The notes beneath the pieces were generated by a model. The model was not told the origin of the DNA and searched no databases. It was given only the letters and a program-made list of their open reading frames with translations. This document shows positions 20,483 to 24,886 of a stretch of DNA of 24,886 nucleotides, in pieces (positions within the stretch are counted from its first letter, which is position 1; every line of letters starts with the position of its first letter). The stretch spans positions 11,882 to 36,767 of the forward strand of contig CAZZNL010000001.1 of the NCBI GenBank assembly GCA_964655625.1. The letters are read 5' to 3'. The DNA comes from an uncultured Pseudomonadales bacterium. Its GTDB lineage: Bacteria > Pseudomonadota > Gammaproteobacteria > Pseudomonadales > UBA7239. Made by a program: the position numbers and the translations under genes.

Positions 20483-22252
20483 TCAGCGAAAACTGATAGT
20501 GCCAATATTTTGATAGGCACCGTCTTCGTATTGCTGGTAGATAACATATTGTGAGGGCGGAAGTTGTTTTTTCAATATGAGCAGCGGCCAGTAATGGCCT
20601 GTAGCCGGTTCGACCTGCTCCTCTCCTACTGTCATGCGATACGCCGTATCACCACAAAATAAAAACACTGCATCACCAACAACCGCCTGTACTGGCAGAC
20701 GAATTTCTACTGCCAGCGCCCTGGCCTTTTTGCTCCAGGCAACAACAGTTGCCGCTGATGCAGTAGCCGTTACTTGATCGCTCTGCACTGGTTGATGTTG
20801 CGGGCAGCGTTCACGCGCCACGCTTTCAATCAGTTTTGGCTTATGGCGTGCATCGATAGCATCATAGGGATTGTAATAACCTTGCTCATATGCATTGAAT
20901 AAGCGCAAATCCTGGTTGTGTGGATAGAACGGCATTTGCGTGCGTCCCATGCCGCCATCGATCAACCAGTTGTAATAGGAAATTGCGACATTGGCGCGAT
21001 CGCGTTTGATATCCGCCAACACATGCAGCGATAGCATCTGCACCGCCACACACACCAATAATAGCGAGAGCCTGACAGATCGCTCTGCGCGCCAGCGCAA
21101 GACCATACCCACCAGCAATACCAACAGCGCAAATGAATACAGCCGGTAGCGATACGCCAACACCGCGTCCATACCAAATCCCATGCCGCGCCCGATGGCC
21201 ACTAAAACCAGTGATGCGAGTACAAACAACAAAACGCTGCAATAAAAACGATCGGCTGCAGCCGTGATACGCATGCGACCCTTCATCAAAAACGGCAACA
21301 ACAAACCCGACAACAGCAACAACCCCAACGCAGCAGCAAATATCCAATTCGTCAATCCAAAAACACTCGCGCCTACCGCTGTCAACACAGACAGCGGCGC
21401 ACGCAACCACAGCGCAGCGCCTTGTGCAGCCTCACCATACGAAGGTTTGAAATACGCCTGCAAATTGCCAGCATCGGTGTATTGCACATAACGCCACAAA
21501 TGATCCGCAGCAAACGGATTCTCATAAACCATATACGCTGTCGACGTCAGCAAAAAAACTGCCGCCCACACCAACAGTTGCCGGCGCGGCACAGGCCAAC
21601 CCTGGCAGTAATGACAAAACACACTGGACACGATTAACGCCGGCAACACCAATAGACCATTGAATTGCGACAACACCGCCAGCAGTGCCCAGCATAAGGG
21701 CAACACAATCGCCGATGGATTTTTTGCTGCACTGCGCGCCGCCAGCAGTGCAAACAGAATCACTACTTGATTGGAAATGGCCGTCATCGCCCAAAAGCTG
21801 GCATCCCAATAGTAGATATTGAGAAACATCCCCACCGCCAGCGCCGCAGCATACCACCCGCCTATAAGTTGCCGCAGCCAATCGGCAAACACCCAACAAC
21901 AGATTAATAACACCGCCACGCCCAACAGGGTGTAGTGAGAAAAGTGAATTTTGTTGAACAAAAAATAGTCGAGCAAATACACCAGATGATTGATGACAGT
22001 GACGTGCTCATGATTGGGCAGCGCGATCACGGCCAGCCATTCCTGCCAATGACTGCGCGACAGAAATATCTCGATAAACCACAGCACATCAACAAACTCA
22101 TCGGCGTGCGCAGCATTCAAGTCGTAGCGCCAAAACACCGCTGTGTAGTAAATCAGGGTTGCGACAATCAGCAAGCCGCAGCAGAACTTCTCTGCCCCGG
22201 TAACAGCGGGCATTGTGAGACTGTCAGTCTGCACCATCATCACTGCGCTCAA
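20483..22252 (-). CDS. Polytopic inner-membrane protein with C-terminal soluble domain; possible GT-C-type glycosyltransferase
   Basis: 589-aa ORF with about 10-12 hydrophobic segments; DE after TM1 (AHADEF), PNHEH, YRY late in the TM region. The start is uncertain (22252/22243/22240/22237) and overlaps the tatC stop. Confidence 0.7.
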   Translation of the reverse strand: MSAVMMVQTDSLTMPAVTGAEKFCCGLLIVATLIYYTAVFWRYDLNAAHADEFVDVLWFIEIFLSRSHWQEWLAVIALPNHEHVTVINHLVYLLDYFLFNKIHFSHYTLLGVAVLLICCWVFADWLRQLIGGWYAAALAVGMFLNIYYWDASFWAMTAISNQVVILFALLAARSAAKNPSAIVLPLCWALLAVLSQFNGLLVLPALIVSSVFCHYCQGWPVPRRQLLVWAAVFLLTSTAYMVYENPFAADHLWRYVQYTDAGNLQAYFKPSYGEAAQGAALWLRAPLSVLTAVGASVFGLTNWIFAAALGLLLLSGLLLPFLMKGRMRITAAADRFYCSVLLFVLASLVLVAIGRGMGFGMDAVLAYRYRLYSFALLVLLVGMVLRWRAERSVRLSLLLVCVAVQMLSLHVLADIKRDRANVAISYYNWLIDGGMGRTQMPFYPHNQDLRLFNAYEQGYYNPYDAIDARHKPKLIESVARERCPQHQPVQSDQVTATASAATVVAWSKKARALAVEIRLPVQAVVGDAVFLFCGDTAYRMTVGEEQVEPATGHYWPLLILKKQLPPSQYVIYQQYEDGAYQNIGTISFR

Positions 22253-22985
22253 TCAAGCGCGAAAAGAAAATCCCCGCCTCAAACAACAGGCACATAGGCA
22301 CTGCCAACATCAGCTGCGACAAGGCATCCGGTGGCGTCAATACTGCTGCCGCCACAAAACAGCCCACAATAATCCACGGTCTTTTTTCGGCCAGTGCTTT
22401 TGCAGATGTCACCCCCATCAACACCAACAACACCGTGCCGACAGGAATTTCAAATGTACAACCAAAAGCGACGAACATACCCAGCACCACATCCAGGTAA
22501 TGCGAAATATCCGGCGCATACGTCACACCCACCGGCAGTATCCGGCTCATAAAACCGAACATCACCGGGAAAACCAGAAAATAGGCAAAGGCCACGCCGA
22601 CGTAAAACAACATCACGCTGGACACCAACATCGGCAGCGCAATGCGCTTTTCGCGCTGATACAAACCCGGCGCAATAAATGCCCACACGTGGTACAGCAA
22701 TAGCGGCACGCAGAGAAAAATCGCGGAGACAAAAGCCAATTTGAACGGCGCAGTAAATGGCGCAATCACCTCTGTCGCCAACATGCCGGTACCCTGTGGC
22801 AAATAGCGCAACAAAGGCTCTGATAAAAAATGAAATAACTGATTGGCGTAATAGGCAAGACCTGCAAACACCAATAGCACCGCACCTATGCACCACAACA
22901 ACCGGCGGCGCAATTCTAGTAAATGCGCGATCAGCGGCTGTTGTGGCACAGCGGCTTCCTGTTCCGATGGCGACTGATCTGGCAT
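22224..22985 (-). CDS. tatC: Twin-arginine translocase subunit TatC
   Basis: HLLELRRRL, WAFIAPGLY..EK, FGCTFEIP, AAVLTPPD, LFEAG. Confidence 0.98.
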   Translation of the reverse strand: MPDQSPSEQEAAVPQQPLIAHLLELRRRLLWCIGAVLLVFAGLAYYANQLFHFLSEPLLRYLPQGTGMLATEVIAPFTAPFKLAFVSAIFLCVPLLLYHVWAFIAPGLYQREKRIALPMLVSSVMLFYVGVAFAYFLVFPVMFGFMSRILPVGVTYAPDISHYLDVVLGMFVAFGCTFEIPVGTVLLVLMGVTSAKALAEKRPWIIVGCFVAAAVLTPPDALSQLMLAVPMCLLFEAGIFFSRLIERSDDGAD

Positions 22986-22986
22986 C

Positions 22987-23361
22987 TCAAGATTTCTCGT
23001 GATCGCTGCGCGGTGCTTGTTGCTTTGTTTGTTCTTGCGTTAGGTCTGCTTGCGTTAGATCTTGCTGCTTTAGGTCTTGCTGCTTTAGGTCTTGCTGCAG
23101 CAGCTCGTCATGCAACACGCGCTCGATAGCTTGTGGTGTTTCATTGAGGCTTTTCATGATCGCCTCATTGTGCAACTGACGGCGAATATCATCCGCACCC
23201 AGTTCGCGCTCCACTTCGCGACGCGTCTCTGCCAGAGTGCGTTTGATACGCCCGATCCACAGACCGGTCACACGCGCAGCCTGTGGCAATTTTTCCGGAC
23301 CAAACACCAACAGCGCCACCAGCGCCGTCAGTACCAGCTCAGAAAAACCGATATCAAACAC
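22987..23361 (-). CDS. tatB: Twin-arginine translocase subunit TatB
   Basis: MFDIGFSEL...FGPEKLP; lies between tatA and tatC. Confidence 0.97.
   Translation of the reverse strand: MFDIGFSELVLTALVALLVFGPEKLPQAARVTGLWIGRIKRTLAETRREVERELGADDIRRQLHNEAIMKSLNETPQAIERVLHDELLQQDLKQQDLKQQDLTQADLTQEQTKQQAPRSDHEKS
23036..23098 (-). repeat. Four 15-bp tandem repeats in the tatB 3' end ([15 protein letters not shown])
   Basis: + strand units tgcgttaggtctgct, tgcgttagatcttgc, tgctttaggtcttgc, tgctttaggtcttgc. Confidence 0.9.
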
Positions 23362-23376
23362 CGGTTGTACTCCGCT

Positions 23377-23604
23377 TCAGCTCTGCGGTTTTTCTTTGTC
23401 ATCTGGCAGTGACTTTTTTTCTGCACTGGCAGCAGCATCTGCACCGGTATCGCTATTGGCCTCTTCACCATCGCGCAGTGCTTTTTTGAAGCCTTTGATC
23501 GAAGCGCCCAGGTCAGACCCCAAGTTTTTCAATTTTCCCGTACCAAAAATTAATACGATAATGGCCAAGACAATCAGCCAGTGAATCGGGCTACCCCATC
23601 CCAT
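23377..23604 (-). CDS. tatA: Twin-arginine translocase subunit TatA
   Basis: [42 protein letters not shown]. Confidence 0.97.
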   Translation of the reverse strand: MGWGSPIHWLIVLAIIVLIFGTGKLKNLGSDLGASIKGFKKALRDGEEANSDTGADAAASAEKKSLPDDKEKPQS

Positions 23605-23628
23605 ACTATTTTCCTCGCTGAAATAAAA

Positions 23629-23958
23629 TTACTGTCTGGATGCTTTTTCATCCAAACCGGACAAATCAAAACGGCGTGCCAATTCGCGCAAGACATCGTC
23701 AGCCGTCAGCCCGACATGCGACAACATGACCAAGGTGTGAAACCATAAATCGGCGGTCTCGCACACCAGCTTGTGTTTGTCGCCGCCGTGTTGCGCATCT
23801 TTTGCGGCCATCAGTGTTTCACCACTTTCTTCAGCCACTTTTTTCAGGATTTGATCCAGACCTTTGGCGTGCAAGCTGGCGACATACGATTTCTCGGTTT
23901 CACCGGCCTGCTTGCGCGCTTCCAGCACGGCTGTCAGTTGTTTCAGCACATCTTGCAT
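23629..23958 (-). CDS. hisE: Phosphoribosyl-ATP pyrophosphatase
   Basis: SYVASL..KG...[25 protein letters not shown]; start ATG 23958 (alternative 23970). Confidence 0.96.
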   Translation of the reverse strand: MQDVLKQLTAVLEARKQAGETEKSYVASLHAKGLDQILKKVAEESGETLMAAKDAQHGGDKHKLVCETADLWFHTLVMLSHVGLTADDVLRELARRFDLSGLDEKASRQ

Positions 23959-23959
23959 C

Positions 23960-24364
23960 TCAAGTACCATAAATCTGTGAGGGCTCTTTCAGCACGGGAT
24001 CGACCGTCTGCCACCCATCGCCTTGCAAGACGCGATAGAAACAGGACTCGCGCCCAGTATGACAGGCGATACCACCCTGCTGTTCCACCTGCAGCACGAT
24101 GACATCGGCATCGCAGTCCAGACGAATTTCGCGCACGCGCTGCACATGGCCGGACTCCTCACCCTTGTGCCACAGTTTCTGCCTTGAACGCGACCAGTAC
24201 ACCGCCTCGCGCCGCTGGGCAGTAGCCGCCAGCGCCTCGCGGTTCATCCACGCCACCATCAGCACGCGGCCGGAAACATGATCCTGCGCGATGGCCGGCA
24301 CCAGACCGGCGGCATCCCAACGCACAGTTTCCAGCCACACTGGTTGCTCAACAACACTACTCAT
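23960..24364 (-). CDS. hisI: Phosphoribosyl-AMP cyclohydrolase
   Basis: [39 protein letters not shown]. Confidence 0.97.
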   Translation of the reverse strand: MSSVVEQPVWLETVRWDAAGLVPAIAQDHVSGRVLMVAWMNREALAATAQRREAVYWSRSRQKLWHKGEESGHVQRVREIRLDCDADVIVLQVEQQGGIACHTGRESCFYRVLQGDGWQTVDPVLKEPSQIYGT

Positions 24365-24462
24365 GGACGCTCGCCGCCACTGCTATAGGTGGCCTCATTG
24401 TCAGATGATCTCATTGTAACGATCAGCTGCGATGGCAGCTATCCGCTACTTGTGCACGCCCG

Positions 24463-24468
24463 TATAAT
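24463..24468 (+). promoter_or_regulatory. Consensus -10 hexamer upstream of typA
   Basis: TATAAT 36 nt upstream of ATG 24505; no convincing -35. Confidence 0.45.
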
Positions 24469-24504
24469 GCGCCCCCTTCATTTTCTCCCCACCGGTCATC
24501 GCCC

Positions 24505-24886
24505 ATGTCTACCGCCCACCTCATCGAAAAGCTGCGCAACGTCGCCATCATCGCCCACGTTGACCACGGCAAAACCACCTTGGTAGACAAGCTGCTGAAG
24601 CAATCCGGCACGCTGGATCGTCGCAACCAAGAAGCCGAGCGCGTGATGGACAGCAATGATCAGGAAAAAGAGCGCGGCATCACCATCCTCGCCAAAAACA
24701 CCGGGGTGGACTGGAACGGCTACCGCATCAATATCGTCGACACCCCGGGCCACGCTGATTTCGGCGGCGAAGTGGAGCGCGTCTTGTCGATGGTGGACTC
24801 GGTGCTGCTGCTGGTGGATGCCTTCGACGGCCCCATGCCACAGACCCGCTTCGTCACCAAGAAAGCTTTTGAACACGGCCTGAAAC
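24505..24886 (+). CDS. typA: Translational GTPase TypA/BipA, 3'-truncated by the window
   Basis: Own translation (absent from the ORF track): [35 protein letters not shown]...[18 protein letters not shown]...[18 protein letters not shown]...[10 protein letters not shown]. Confidence 0.96.
   Translation, partial: MSTAHLIEKLRNVAIIAHVDHGKTTLVDKLLKQSGTLDRRNQEAERVMDSNDQEKERGITILAKNTGVDWNGYRINIVDTPGHADFGGEVERVLSMVDSVLLLVDAFDGPMPQTRFVTKKAFEHGLK

Overview
A chromosomal, mostly housekeeping region of a gammaproteobacterium. The gene content (BioH-BioC fusion, SahR-metK, secB-grxC-rhodanese/gpmI-envC, hisIE-tatABC) suggests Cellvibrionales/Pseudomonadales affinity; this is inference. Order: partial hypothetical > < metK < sahR < secB < grxC < rhodanese | gpmI > envC (split over two frames) > nnr > RelE/HigB-like toxin > HTH antitoxin > bioB > bioF > bioHC > VanZ-like > bioD > < PII < phoH | flavin reductase > FadD3-like CoA ligase > DoxX-like > < gshA < hypothetical < polytopic membrane protein < tatC < tatB < tatA < hisE < hisI | typA (partial). 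Three observations stand out. (1) envC is broken by a -1 frame change at an in-frame A_AAA_AAG slippery heptamer, followed 6 nt later by a stem-loop. This is a candidate programmed frameshift giving a short secreted coiled coil and a full-length 459-aa EnvC; a homopolymer indel is the alternative. (2) A ~0.85 kb toxin-antitoxin islet is bounded by a degenerate duplication of the nnr 3' end. (3) A long hairpin in the PII gene leader sequesters its Shine-Dalgarno sequence. SahR-like and BirA-like operators are also visible.
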